From NCBI GenBank assembly GCA_041395025.1, contig JAWLBH010000001.1:840001-872000 (forward strand): 32,000 nucleotides of DNA. The letters are read 5' to 3'. A model generated the notes under the pieces. The model was not told where the DNA came from and ran no database searches. It worked only from the letters and a program-made list of their open reading frames with translations. Source of the DNA: Chlamydiales bacterium. Its GTDB lineage: Bacteria > Chlamydiota > Chlamydiia > Chlamydiales > JAAKFR01. The translations under genes were made by a program, and so were the position numbers. How positions within the stretch are numbered: position 1 is the stretch's first letter; each line of letters begins with the position of its first letter. Below, piece by piece: positions 1-8,324 of this stretch.

Positions 1-227
1 AAAAAGTTGAAACACAACAACAACAGGTAAAAATTGCCAAGAGGGATCTTCAAGAGGCACAAGATCATCTTAAGATCAAAAGAGTTGAGGAAGAAAAGCT
101 TTCTTTACATAAAGAAGCATGGGATAAAGAAGTTCAGGCTGAACTGATAAAAAAAGAAGCAAAAGAACAAGATGAAATTGGCCAGATTGTTTATACCTCT
201 CAGAAAAAAAAACAAAAGGAATCGTAA
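1..227 (+). CDS. sctO: T3SS stalk protein SctO/CdsO-like, 3' fragment (5' end lies outside the window)
   Basis: Frame 3 is open from the window edge to TAA at 225-227 (…KIAKRDLQEAQDHLKIKRVEEEKLSLHKEAWDKEVQAELIKKEAKEQDEIGQIVYTSQKKKQKES*). It is a Lys/Glu-rich coiled-coil tail ending 2 nt before the next ORF. Its position matches CdsO (CT670) upstream of CdsP/CdsQ. The assignment rests on synteny only. Confidence 0.5.
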   Translation, partial: KVETQQQQVKIAKRDLQEAQDHLKIKRVEEEKLSLHKEAWDKEVQAELIKKEAKEQDEIGQIVYTSQKKKQKES

Positions 228-229
228 TT

Positions 230-925
230 ATGAAAATTCCCCCATCAAATCGAGAAACAGGTGTCTTTTCAAAAAGGGAACGTAATAAAGAACCAGTCGA
301 TCATAAGAAAACAAACAAAGATTTCACACTGCCAAGAAAAAAAGAAGAGAGCAAAGATAAGAAAGAGTCACTTTTTGATATTGCTGGTGCTGAATTAGGA
401 TTGAAAGAATTGAAACAATCTCAGGAGTTTTCCGAAAGTCAAGAGATTGCTTCTCAAGATATTTCAGAAATAAAAACAGATATCACTGCAATTAGCAAAT
501 TGATTCAAAATATGGTTAAAGAAATGCAAATTGGACAGCTTGAGGGAAAAGATTTTGCTAACATCCAGTTATCAGAAGCCTCTATGAATCTTCCTGAAGC
601 GTTTTTAGGGAGCCACTTGACGTTAAGTTATGAAGAAAATCAATTGACCATTCATTTTGATAATTTTATGACTCCTCAGCAAGAAAACAATGCGATGATC
701 ATGGTTGAGAAACATAAACAGCAGTTATTAGATATGATTCAAACTTTACAACAAAAAAATATTTATATTAAAGAAATGAGTATCGGAGAACGTGCCATTA
801 CACTGCCTCGCATTGAATCTCATCCGACGGCTTTTCGTTCGATAGCTGCTCAAGAGGGTACAATGAAAGAAGATCAAAAGTCGGGCTATGAAAAAGATCG
901 TGAAGAGGAGACTAGCTCTGAATAA
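230..925 (+). CDS. sctP: T3SS needle-length / substrate-specificity switch protein (SctP/CdsP, T3S4-like C-terminus)
   Basis: 231-aa ORF between the sctO tail and sctQ. The N-terminal half is charged and low in complexity. The C-terminal block ANIQLSEASMNLPEAFLGSHLTLSYEENQLTIHFDNF…LLDMIQTLQQKNIYIKEMSIG fits the FliK/YscP T3S4 pattern (L-P-x-x-LG-x-hydrophobic strand … L-x-x-L-x-x-x-G). Its position equals CT671. Confidence 0.6.
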   Translation: MKIPPSNRETGVFSKRERNKEPVDHKKTNKDFTLPRKKEESKDKKESLFDIAGAELGLKELKQSQEFSESQEIASQDISEIKTDITAISKLIQNMVKEMQIGQLEGKDFANIQLSEASMNLPEAFLGSHLTLSYEENQLTIHFDNFMTPQQENNAMIMVEKHKQQLLDMIQTLQQKNIYIKEMSIGERAITLPRIESHPTAFRSIAAQEGTMKEDQKSGYEKDREEETSSE

Positions 926-930
926 TCGAC

Positions 931-2196
931 TTGGGATATAGTAAAGATATAGAAATTGAAAAAATCATGGCTATGACTGCTGATAAACCTCTTGATTGGA
1001 TTAGGGAGGTCGAACGTCTTCTCCTTAATCTTGAAGAAAAACCGCAATTTGGGCTTCCTGCACCCTTTGATTGGAAAGTTTTTGAAAAACGTCTGCAAGA
1101 AGTGCTTGGACATGGCTTATTGAAAACTGGATATGATATTAAAGGTTGGGAAGTTGGGGGTAAGATATGGTCTGGTTTAGGGAAAGGGCTGATGTGTTTA
1201 CCGATCGAATGGGTCCCCTTAACACTTCCTGTGTATTTTCTGACAAACGGTCAAGATCTTAAACAATTGATGAGAAATCTTCTTGGAGAAAAAAAAGAAA
1301 CCGCTTACTTTTACGATCCTTCCCTTGTTGAAGGGTTTTACTATTATTTTATTGCTGAAATTCTTTCTATTCTTGAGAATTTGAATTTTGCCTCTCCTCT
1401 TTCTCCTAGATTGGGTGAGGTTTGCGAGGATATTCAACAAGTCATTGGAGAACAACCTTGTTTTGTCATCAACATATTCTGTTCTCTGAATCAACAACCC
1501 TTTCGAGCTAAATTACTCCTAACAGCAGATTTTCGTCGTGAATGGAAAAGTTATTTTTCTCATCTTCTTCCCTCTACTCTATCTTGTGAGGTTAAGGAGA
1601 AAATCAATTTAGATATCAGTTTAGAGATTGGTCATACAAGGCTTAAGTTTAAAGAATGGAAAAACGTAAAGAAGGGAGATTTTATTTTACTCGATCATTG
1701 CTCATACGATCCAGTGAAAAAAAAGGGAGGGGTTGTTCTATCTCTTAATCAAAAATCTCTTTTTCGAGGGCGTTTTAAAGAAAGAGGCATTAAAATCACT
1801 GAGTACCCTAACTATCAGGAGGTAAGTACGTTTATGGATGAGGAACCATTCTTTGACATGAATCAATCAGAGGATTTCACATCAGAATTAGAGGATGAAA
1901 ATCCCTCTCTAAAAGATTTGGAAGATTTTGATGAAGAAGAGAGTATGAAAAAAATGGAACTCATACCTAATGAAACGACAATCGCAATCGAAGAATTACC
2001 TATAGATTTAACTGTTGAAGTAGGACGTCTGCGTATGACAGCCAAGGCATTGATGGATTTGAATCCTGGTAATTTAATAGAAATCAATGTTCACCCTGAA
2101 CAGGGAGTAGATCTTGTCGTTAATGGCAAAAAAGTTGGACGTGGAGAATTGATTCGTATTGGTGAAACATTGGGTGTGCGCATTTTATCGCTATAA
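931..2196 (+). CDS. sctQ: T3SS cytoplasmic sorting-platform (C-ring) protein SctQ/CdsQ
   Basis: The C-terminal SpoA/FliN domain is clear (LPIDLTVEVGRLRMTAKALMDLNPGNLIEINVHPEQGVDLVVNGKKVGRGELIRIGETLGVRILSL). The gene follows sctP as in CT672. The track start at 931 is TTG; in-frame ATGs at 967 and 973 are alternative starts. Confidence 0.9.
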   Translation: MGYSKDIEIEKIMAMTADKPLDWIREVERLLLNLEEKPQFGLPAPFDWKVFEKRLQEVLGHGLLKTGYDIKGWEVGGKIWSGLGKGLMCLPIEWVPLTLPVYFLTNGQDLKQLMRNLLGEKKETAYFYDPSLVEGFYYYFIAEILSILENLNFASPLSPRLGEVCEDIQQVIGEQPCFVINIFCSLNQQPFRAKLLLTADFRREWKSYFSHLLPSTLSCEVKEKINLDISLEIGHTRLKFKEWKNVKKGDFILLDHCSYDPVKKKGGVVLSLNQKSLFRGRFKERGIKITEYPNYQEVSTFMDEEPFFDMNQSEDFTSELEDENPSLKDLEDFDEEESMKKMELIPNETTIAIEELPIDLTVEVGRLRMTAKALMDLNPGNLIEINVHPEQGVDLVVNGKKVGRGELIRIGETLGVRILSL

Positions 2197-2234
2197 AAAG
2201 GATCATTTTATTTTAGATAGGAGAAAGGAAATCA

Positions 2235-3761
2235 GTGACTCATGAGTTTCCAAGCCATATCGGCGGATACAGGATTGAGAGTCTCCTAGATCGAGGTGGG
2301 ATGACTCTTCTTTATCTTGGTATTCATCCTGAGACCCATCAGCCAATTACCATTAAAGTACTTTCATCTAAGTATGTTTCTCATCCTGAAATGGTAGACC
2401 GTTTTATGCGAGAAGCAGAGATTATTGCTCTAACTGATCATCCTAATATTGTGAAAATTTATGGGAATGGTAAGTGGGAAGGAGGAGTGTATATTGCGAT
2501 GGAATTCATCCAGGGAATTTCTCTCCGTCAAATGATTTTGCAAGAAGCAATGTCATTAAAAAGGGCACTTGAAGTTGTAATTCAAATTGGTTATGCCCTT
2601 ACACATCTTCATGTCCATGGGATTATTCATCGTGATCTGAAACCAGAAAATATTCTTCTAACAGCTCAAGGAGGAGTAAAAGTAGTAGATTTTGGTATTT
2701 CACAGATATATACAGAGAAAATAAATTCTACTAAGACTCAACTTCTTGGCACTCCGGTTTACATGAGTCCTGAGCAAATCGAGAATCCTCTTAATGTAGA
2801 TTTTTCTATCGATGTATATGCCTTAGGGATTATTACTTATGAACTCATATTAGGGCGTTTATCACATGGATTGGTTCATCTTTCGAATGTTCCACGTGGT
2901 TTACAGAAGCTTTTATCGAAAGCACTTCAACCAAAGCGAAAAGATCGATTTGATGATATTGTAGAATTTATTCAAGAAGTTTCAGCTTACTTAAATTCAA
3001 ATGAACTACAACATGATATGCGTGGCAGTGATTATCTTGGTGAGTTGAAAGAGAATCTTCGACAAGCACAATCAATTTTAATTCCTCCTCATCTTCCCAA
3101 TTGGCAGCGTGTGAATATGGCGCTTTCCTCGAACTGTAGTACTGCTCTCTCTTCTGTCTATTATGATTTTTTCGAGCCAAAAGAGGGGATCTATAGCCTT
3201 GTTATGGGTGAATCCTTAACGACAGGTGTTCAAGGTTTATTACAAATTGCTATATTGAAAGGCATGGTTCATGCTTTGGCTCATGCTATCAACACACCAC
3301 TCGATTTTGTATCAACATTAAATGCTAGAATTCTTGATCAAAAGAATAGTCAGAGTTTTTCTTTTTCTTTGCTGACTCTATACCCACTACAAGAACGTTT
3401 TTCTTACATCTCTTGTGGCTATAGCCCACTCTGGTATTTACCTGCAGGTGGGAAAACTCCTCGTCGTTTAACTGCTGAAAATGCCCCTTTAGGAATTTCA
3501 AATTCTCCAGAATTTCTTGAAGTTGATTCGAATTGGAATATTGGAGATAATTTAACTTTGCATACTTTTCAAGCTGGTCAAGCAAAAAGTATTCAGGAAA
3601 TTGAGAAGGATGAAGGACGATTTTTAAATGCTCTAATGGAGACTCTTTTTTTGGATCCACAAAAACAAGTTGAAGCCATTTTTCGCAAAGTCTCGCAAAA
3701 AGAAGAACGAGCTTTTTTTGAATCTCCAATTACTGTAATTAGTATTCAAAGGGAAACATAG
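2235..3761 (+). CDS. pkn5: Ser/Thr protein kinase Pkn5-like, with a C-terminal SpoIIE/PP2C-like domain
   Basis: Hanks kinase motifs are present: ITIKVL (VAIK Lys), REAEI (helix C Glu), HRDLKPENILL, VDFGIS and YMSPE. The Gly loop is degenerate (DRGGMTLLY). GTG start, preceded by AGGAGAAAGGAA. The gene sits between sctQ and sctC as CT673 does. See findings for the C-terminal half. Confidence 0.9.
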   Translation: MTHEFPSHIGGYRIESLLDRGGMTLLYLGIHPETHQPITIKVLSSKYVSHPEMVDRFMREAEIIALTDHPNIVKIYGNGKWEGGVYIAMEFIQGISLRQMILQEAMSLKRALEVVIQIGYALTHLHVHGIIHRDLKPENILLTAQGGVKVVDFGISQIYTEKINSTKTQLLGTPVYMSPEQIENPLNVDFSIDVYALGIITYELILGRLSHGLVHLSNVPRGLQKLLSKALQPKRKDRFDDIVEFIQEVSAYLNSNELQHDMRGSDYLGELKENLRQAQSILIPPHLPNWQRVNMALSSNCSTALSSVYYDFFEPKEGIYSLVMGESLTTGVQGLLQIAILKGMVHALAHAINTPLDFVSTLNARILDQKNSQSFSFSLLTLYPLQERFSYISCGYSPLWYLPAGGKTPRRLTAENAPLGISNSPEFLEVDSNWNIGDNLTLHTFQAGQAKSIQEIEKDEGRFLNALMETLFLDPQKQVEAIFRKVSQKEERAFFESPITVISIQRET

Positions 3762-3813
3762 CTGGGTAAAAATAATAATTTTCACTATACCCAATACCAT
3801 ATAGCCAGATATA

Positions 3814-6186
3814 ATGAAGACAATGCGCCTTAGAAATTTTTATTTCATTTATATATGTGTATTTATTATTAGTTTAATGCCATTTGTGTATGGTGAAAAA
3901 TATGGCAAATCTGAACTGATTGGATCAGATACACAAGGATCTCTAGAAAGACCGATCACAATTATTCAATCCTCTTCTCATCCTTTATTGCGACCAACTC
4001 TTCATGCAAATGATCATCAATTAGCTTCGGTTTCCCATGAATCTCATCCTTCATTCCACATTCAATCGGATGGATTGTTAGCTGCAGAAAGAAAGCATAA
4101 AAATGAAATTAAAGAATTCAGTCAGACAAATAAAACTTCAGAAACTAAAACTGAGCTTAAAGGAATAGATTTTGGTAAATATCTGAAACCTAATTGCGAT
4201 CCTAAGAGAGAAGGATATACGATTAATTTTGAAGATATTTCTATCCTTCAACTGATCCAGTTTATTAGTAAAATTTCTGGGACAAATTTTGTATTTGATA
4301 AGAATGATTTAAATTTCGCAATTACGATTATTTCTGAAGACCCAACATCCATAGAAGATCTTTCTGCAGCATTGCTCCAGATTTTAAGAATTCACGGTCT
4401 TTCAGTTGTAGAACAAGGGAACAATATTTTGATTTATAAAAATCAAAATATGTCAAAAGTCTCTACAGTGATTACTGATACAAATATTCATGAAGCATGT
4501 GAGGCAGCAGTGATCACTCGTGTTTTTCGACTCTACAATATTGATCCAAACAAGATTCAAACAATTGTAAAACCCCTCCTATCTTCTGATGCGATTGTTG
4601 AGGTTTCTGTTGAAACACATCATTTGATTGTTACAGATATGACAGCAAATGTTGATAAGATTGCAGATCTTCTTTCCGCTCTTGATATCCCAAATACAGC
4701 TTTTGATATTCTCGAATATAAAGTTAATAGTGCTTATCCTAGTGCTCTTGTGAGTTATGCACGAGAAATATTAGCTCCTTTAGCTGGGGATAACCCCTTG
4801 CAAATCATTGCTCAGCCTTCTTCAAACAAAATATTTGTGGTTTCTACTCCTTATTTAAATCAAAAAGCTATTCAAGTTTTACAAGCTTTAGACACTGCAG
4901 ATATCACAGAAATTGCTCCAGATTTGCCTTCAGATGCAATGGCAAATAATAATTTTCACATGTATAAATTAAAATATCAAAAAGGACAGAAGATTGCTGA
5001 TGCAATGAAAGAGATTGGCGCAAATTTACAATATTCTGGTGTCGCGAATTTAGATTTTGTTAATACTATTCATAGTCTGCAATGGTTAGAGGTAAATAAT
5101 TCGATCATTGTCACTGGCTCTAGTCATGCCATTAAAAAAATTGTTGAATTGCTAGATGATCTAGATCAACCTCCTAAGCAAGTTTATATCGAAGTCTTAA
5201 TTATCGATACAACTTTACAGAATTCGCTTGATTTTGGTGTTCAATGGATTGCCTTGGGTGATGAGCAGAATAAGCTTGCATATGCTTCAGGTTTATTAGG
5301 CAATTCACCTCCAAATCCAAATCTTCAAGGAGGATCAATTCCTCCTGGAGCTCGTTATATCGCATCGAACCCCTCTTCCCAGCCTCCTCTAATTCCCAAC
5401 CCTGGACGCGATATTCCACTTCCAGTACCTTCTTCTCTTTCCGGAATCAGTAATATCGTCAATCAAACAGAAGCATTTGGATTTGGAATTATTGGGAATA
5501 TTCTTCGTCATCATGGACAATCATTTTTGACATTAGGAGCACTAGTGAGTGCTCTCGATCAAGAGATGCAAACCCAAGTAGTACTTAATCCACGAATTAT
5601 GGTTGAAGATACACAGTCAGCAAATTTCTTTGTTGGAGAGAATATTCCCTACCAGACTACTAGCACTGTGATTCAGCAAACTGGATCAGTGACACAAAAC
5701 TTTCAATACGAAGATATAGGGATTCAACTTCAAGTGACTCCAACAATTTCACCTAGTAATGTTGTGACGATTGATATTAATCAAGCCATTTCTAATGTAC
5801 TTTCTGTGACAACAGAAAATGTGATTGCACCTCAGACACAAAAAATTCTTGCGACCACTCGTGTTCATGTTCCTGATGGTTGTTTTTTTGTTATGAGTGG
5901 TCATATTCGAGATCAGTGTACAAAAGTAAACTCTGGGATTCCTTGTTTGGGGACATTACCTCTTATTGGTCCACTTTTTTCACGTAATATTGAGCAACGT
6001 AGTAAACGAAATATGATTATGTTTATTCGTCCAAAAGTGATGACTGTAATTGACGATCAGATTAAATTAACTAATCAAGAAGGCTATCAATATAACTTTG
6101 ATACAGATCCCTCATCATTGCAAGAATCCTGTTGTGAACAAGCTCCCGAATGCGAGGTCTATCCTCCCATGAATCCAATACATTAA
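3814..6186 (+). CDS. sctC: T3SS outer-membrane secretin SctC/CdsC
   Basis: Signal peptide MKTMRLRNFYFIYICVFIISLMPFVYG. N-domain pattern (YTINFEDISILQLIQFISKISGTNFVFD). Secretin C-domain (VYIEVLIIDTTLQNSLDFGVQW … NPRIMVEDTQSANFFVGENIPY … SGIPCLGTLPLIGPLFS … MIMFIRPKV). Confidence 0.95.
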   Translation: MKTMRLRNFYFIYICVFIISLMPFVYGEKYGKSELIGSDTQGSLERPITIIQSSSHPLLRPTLHANDHQLASVSHESHPSFHIQSDGLLAAERKHKNEIKEFSQTNKTSETKTELKGIDFGKYLKPNCDPKREGYTINFEDISILQLIQFISKISGTNFVFDKNDLNFAITIISEDPTSIEDLSAALLQILRIHGLSVVEQGNNILIYKNQNMSKVSTVITDTNIHEACEAAVITRVFRLYNIDPNKIQTIVKPLLSSDAIVEVSVETHHLIVTDMTANVDKIADLLSALDIPNTAFDILEYKVNSAYPSALVSYAREILAPLAGDNPLQIIAQPSSNKIFVVSTPYLNQKAIQVLQALDTADITEIAPDLPSDAMANNNFHMYKLKYQKGQKIADAMKEIGANLQYSGVANLDFVNTIHSLQWLEVNNSIIVTGSSHAIKKIVELLDDLDQPPKQVYIEVLIIDTTLQNSLDFGVQWIALGDEQNKLAYASGLLGNSPPNPNLQGGSIPPGARYIASNPSSQPPLIPNPGRDIPLPVPSSLSGISNIVNQTEAFGFGIIGNILRHHGQSFLTLGALVSALDQEMQTQVVLNPRIMVEDTQSANFFVGENIPYQTTSTVIQQTGSVTQNFQYEDIGIQLQVTPTISPSNVVTIDINQAISNVLSVTTENVIAPQTQKILATTRVHVPDGCFFVMSGHIRDQCTKVNSGIPCLGTLPLIGPLFSRNIEQRSKRNMIMFIRPKVMTVIDDQIKLTNQEGYQYNFDTDPSSLQESCCEQAPECEVYPPMNPIH

Positions 6187-6227
6187 AATAGCTCGCTATA
6201 AAATTCAGAATTTCTGAGAATATCCCT

Positions 6228-7196
6228 ATGTTTCGGAAAGTCACGATTCTGATGATGTTATGCGTATTTCAAACAGGATGTTACTATCGTGTTCCTAAAT
6301 GTATCCAACCTTCTATTCAGTTTCCACCTCATCCTAAGGAAATTCAAAAAGAAAAACGCATTTCTCTTTCTCTACCTGAGAATTTTTCTCTTCTTCCTTT
6401 TTCTCCTTTAAGCCCTGAAGAAAAAGAAACAGATTGGGGAAAAGAATATAGAATTGCTCTTCTATTTGCTGAAGATTTTGATCTTTATCGCGCAATTACT
6501 GGATTTAAACGAGCCTTGTATTTGATTCCTAATGATTTGAAAGGACGTTCCCAGGAGATTCAATATATGATTGCTCTGGCTTATTACTTAGGTAGAAAAT
6601 ATACAGAGGTAATTTATATTGTTGACTCAACAGATCTTGGATCGATAGACTCACTTTTTCCTGCCTATTCTGACCTACTTTTGATTCTTTATGATAGTTA
6701 TTATCAATTGGGGAAAACCGATCATGCTTCCCACGTCCTAAATTTAATTGAGATACAAGATTCTGAAATAGCTCACCGTCTCACCATTTTAGAAGCAATT
6801 AAAAAAGTTGATTTGAATTATTTATCCCTTAATCCAGCTTATAGGGGAGTATTTTGTGGATATCATAAAGCAATGAAATCGATACAAAAAGCAGAGATAT
6901 TTAATGCGATTATGCCTGGAGCAGGTTACTGGTATATTGGAATGAGACAAACAGCAGTAACAGCTTTTCTTGTGAATGCTCTTTTTATTGGTGCAGCTGC
7001 TCATTTTTTGCATGAAGGTAATATTGCAGCAGGAGTCATTACACTGAGTTTTGAAGGTGGATGGTATTTTGGTGGAATTAGTGGAGCTGGTTTAGCAGCT
7101 AAACGGTATAACGAGCAATTGTATTGCTCTTATGTAGGAAAAATTATTCAACGTGAAGAACTTTTCCCTTTCATGATGCTAAAATATTCTTTTTAA
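6228..7196 (+). CDS. Putative lipoprotein with a TPR-like helical region and two C-terminal transmembrane helices (function unknown)
   Basis: N-terminus MFRKVTILMMLCVFQTG|C resembles an SPase II signal with a lipobox. The middle region has helical-repeat character (YRIALLFAEDFDLYRAITGFKRALYLIP…IQYMIALAYYLGRKY…LLILYDSYYQLGKTDHA). The C-terminus has two hydrophobic helices (PGAGYWYIGMRQTAVTAFLVNALFIGAAAHFL and AAGVITLSFEGGWYFGGISGAGLAA). It starts 41 nt after the sctC stop, on the same strand. Confidence 0.65.
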   Translation: MFRKVTILMMLCVFQTGCYYRVPKCIQPSIQFPPHPKEIQKEKRISLSLPENFSLLPFSPLSPEEKETDWGKEYRIALLFAEDFDLYRAITGFKRALYLIPNDLKGRSQEIQYMIALAYYLGRKYTEVIYIVDSTDLGSIDSLFPAYSDLLLILYDSYYQLGKTDHASHVLNLIEIQDSEIAHRLTILEAIKKVDLNYLSLNPAYRGVFCGYHKAMKSIQKAEIFNAIMPGAGYWYIGMRQTAVTAFLVNALFIGAAAHFLHEGNIAAGVITLSFEGGWYFGGISGAGLAAKRYNEQLYCSYVGKIIQREELFPFMMLKYSF

Positions 7197-7253
7197 TCTT
7201 TGAGATTTTTATAGTCTATTATTGAATCAGTAGAACAGATCACATCTGAAGAA

Positions 7254-8324
7254 TTATAAAGAAATTTTAAGTTTTTTTGCAATTTCATGCAAGTATTTAG
7301 CCCGTTGTTTAGGTAATTCAGGAATTTGGATGGCTTTATTAGAAATATTGAGAAGATGGGCTCGTCTACAATTAAAGAAAATTTGATTAAAATTGAACTC
7401 TTTAGGCGCTAATACCCATCCAATTTCAATGCCTAGCTTCACTAAGCTTAATGCATTTAATGCTTCAATGACTTCAAGTTGATAGGAATGTGTTAAAAGA
7501 CCCAGCGCTCGAGTAACTTTATTTTTGATTTGTTCGTTATTATTTTCGATGAGTTTTTTCCGCATATGGATTTCTGCAACGATAGCTCGTGTTGCCCACA
7601 TACGCATCGTTGTCAAAATATATTCTTCTGTTAATCCAATCGTACAAGTATTGCGTGCAACTAAAATATCACCAATCATTTCAGTTGCTTTCCCATGAAG
7701 GCCAACTGCCTCTACCTCTTCTTCTTTTTCTTTTTCCAGTAGTTCCGGTAATTCACCAGTATGGATGATCGCAGGAATATGCAAAAATAGAGAGATCGTT
7801 AAACTGGTTCCTGAATAAAGAGGATCAGCTGTTAAAAACCCAAAACGACTATTAAATGCAAAATCAAGATTTTTATTTAAATGGCTTTCTATTTCTACAA
7901 GTTGATTCCAAGATTTTTCAATTTCCTGTTGAGTATCAACTTGATGAATTCGAAGATGGTCTTGTAGATTTAACATTGCCAAAAATTTAGCAGATTGATC
8001 TATAATAAATCCTTCTCCTGCATGGGCTTGATGAAAGGGATTTTGAATGAGAAAATGTTCAACTAAAAATTCTTTTTCTAATGGGCCTATATCTTCAGAA
8101 TGATAAAGAAGAGGTTGATTAAGTATAGGGACTCCATTAAATCCTTCCCAAATTAATCTAATCAATTGTTCTTGGCGTGCTTTATCAAGCTTAGAAGAAA
8201 ATTTAAATTTGTTTAAGTTACGGGCAAGACTTAGGGTTGAAGCAAGCCATACATTGTGGGAATCATTTTCCCACAATTTGTTGAGTTGATAAATTTGATC
8301 GATTTCACTCCGATGTTTTTTCAT
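7254..8324 (-). CDS. mcsB: McsB-like ATP:guanido phosphotransferase family protein (protein arginine kinase homologue with a divergent active site)
   Basis: Full-length resemblance to McsB and phosphagen kinases (SLARN, LEKEFLVEHFL, QDHLRIHQV, FGFLTADPLYSGTSL, LHIPA). It overlaps the mcsA-like gene by 20 nt. Position equals CT675 (karG). Confidence 0.8.
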   Translation of the reverse strand: MKKHRSEIDQIYQLNKLWENDSHNVWLASTLSLARNLNKFKFSSKLDKARQEQLIRLIWEGFNGVPILNQPLLYHSEDIGPLEKEFLVEHFLIQNPFHQAHAGEGFIIDQSAKFLAMLNLQDHLRIHQVDTQQEIEKSWNQLVEIESHLNKNLDFAFNSRFGFLTADPLYSGTSLTISLFLHIPAIIHTGELPELLEKEKEEEVEAVGLHGKATEMIGDILVARNTCTIGLTEEYILTTMRMWATRAIVAEIHMRKKLIENNNEQIKNKVTRALGLLTHSYQLEVIEALNALSLVKLGIEIGWVLAPKEFNFNQIFFNCRRAHLLNISNKAIQIPELPKQRAKYLHEIAKKLKISL

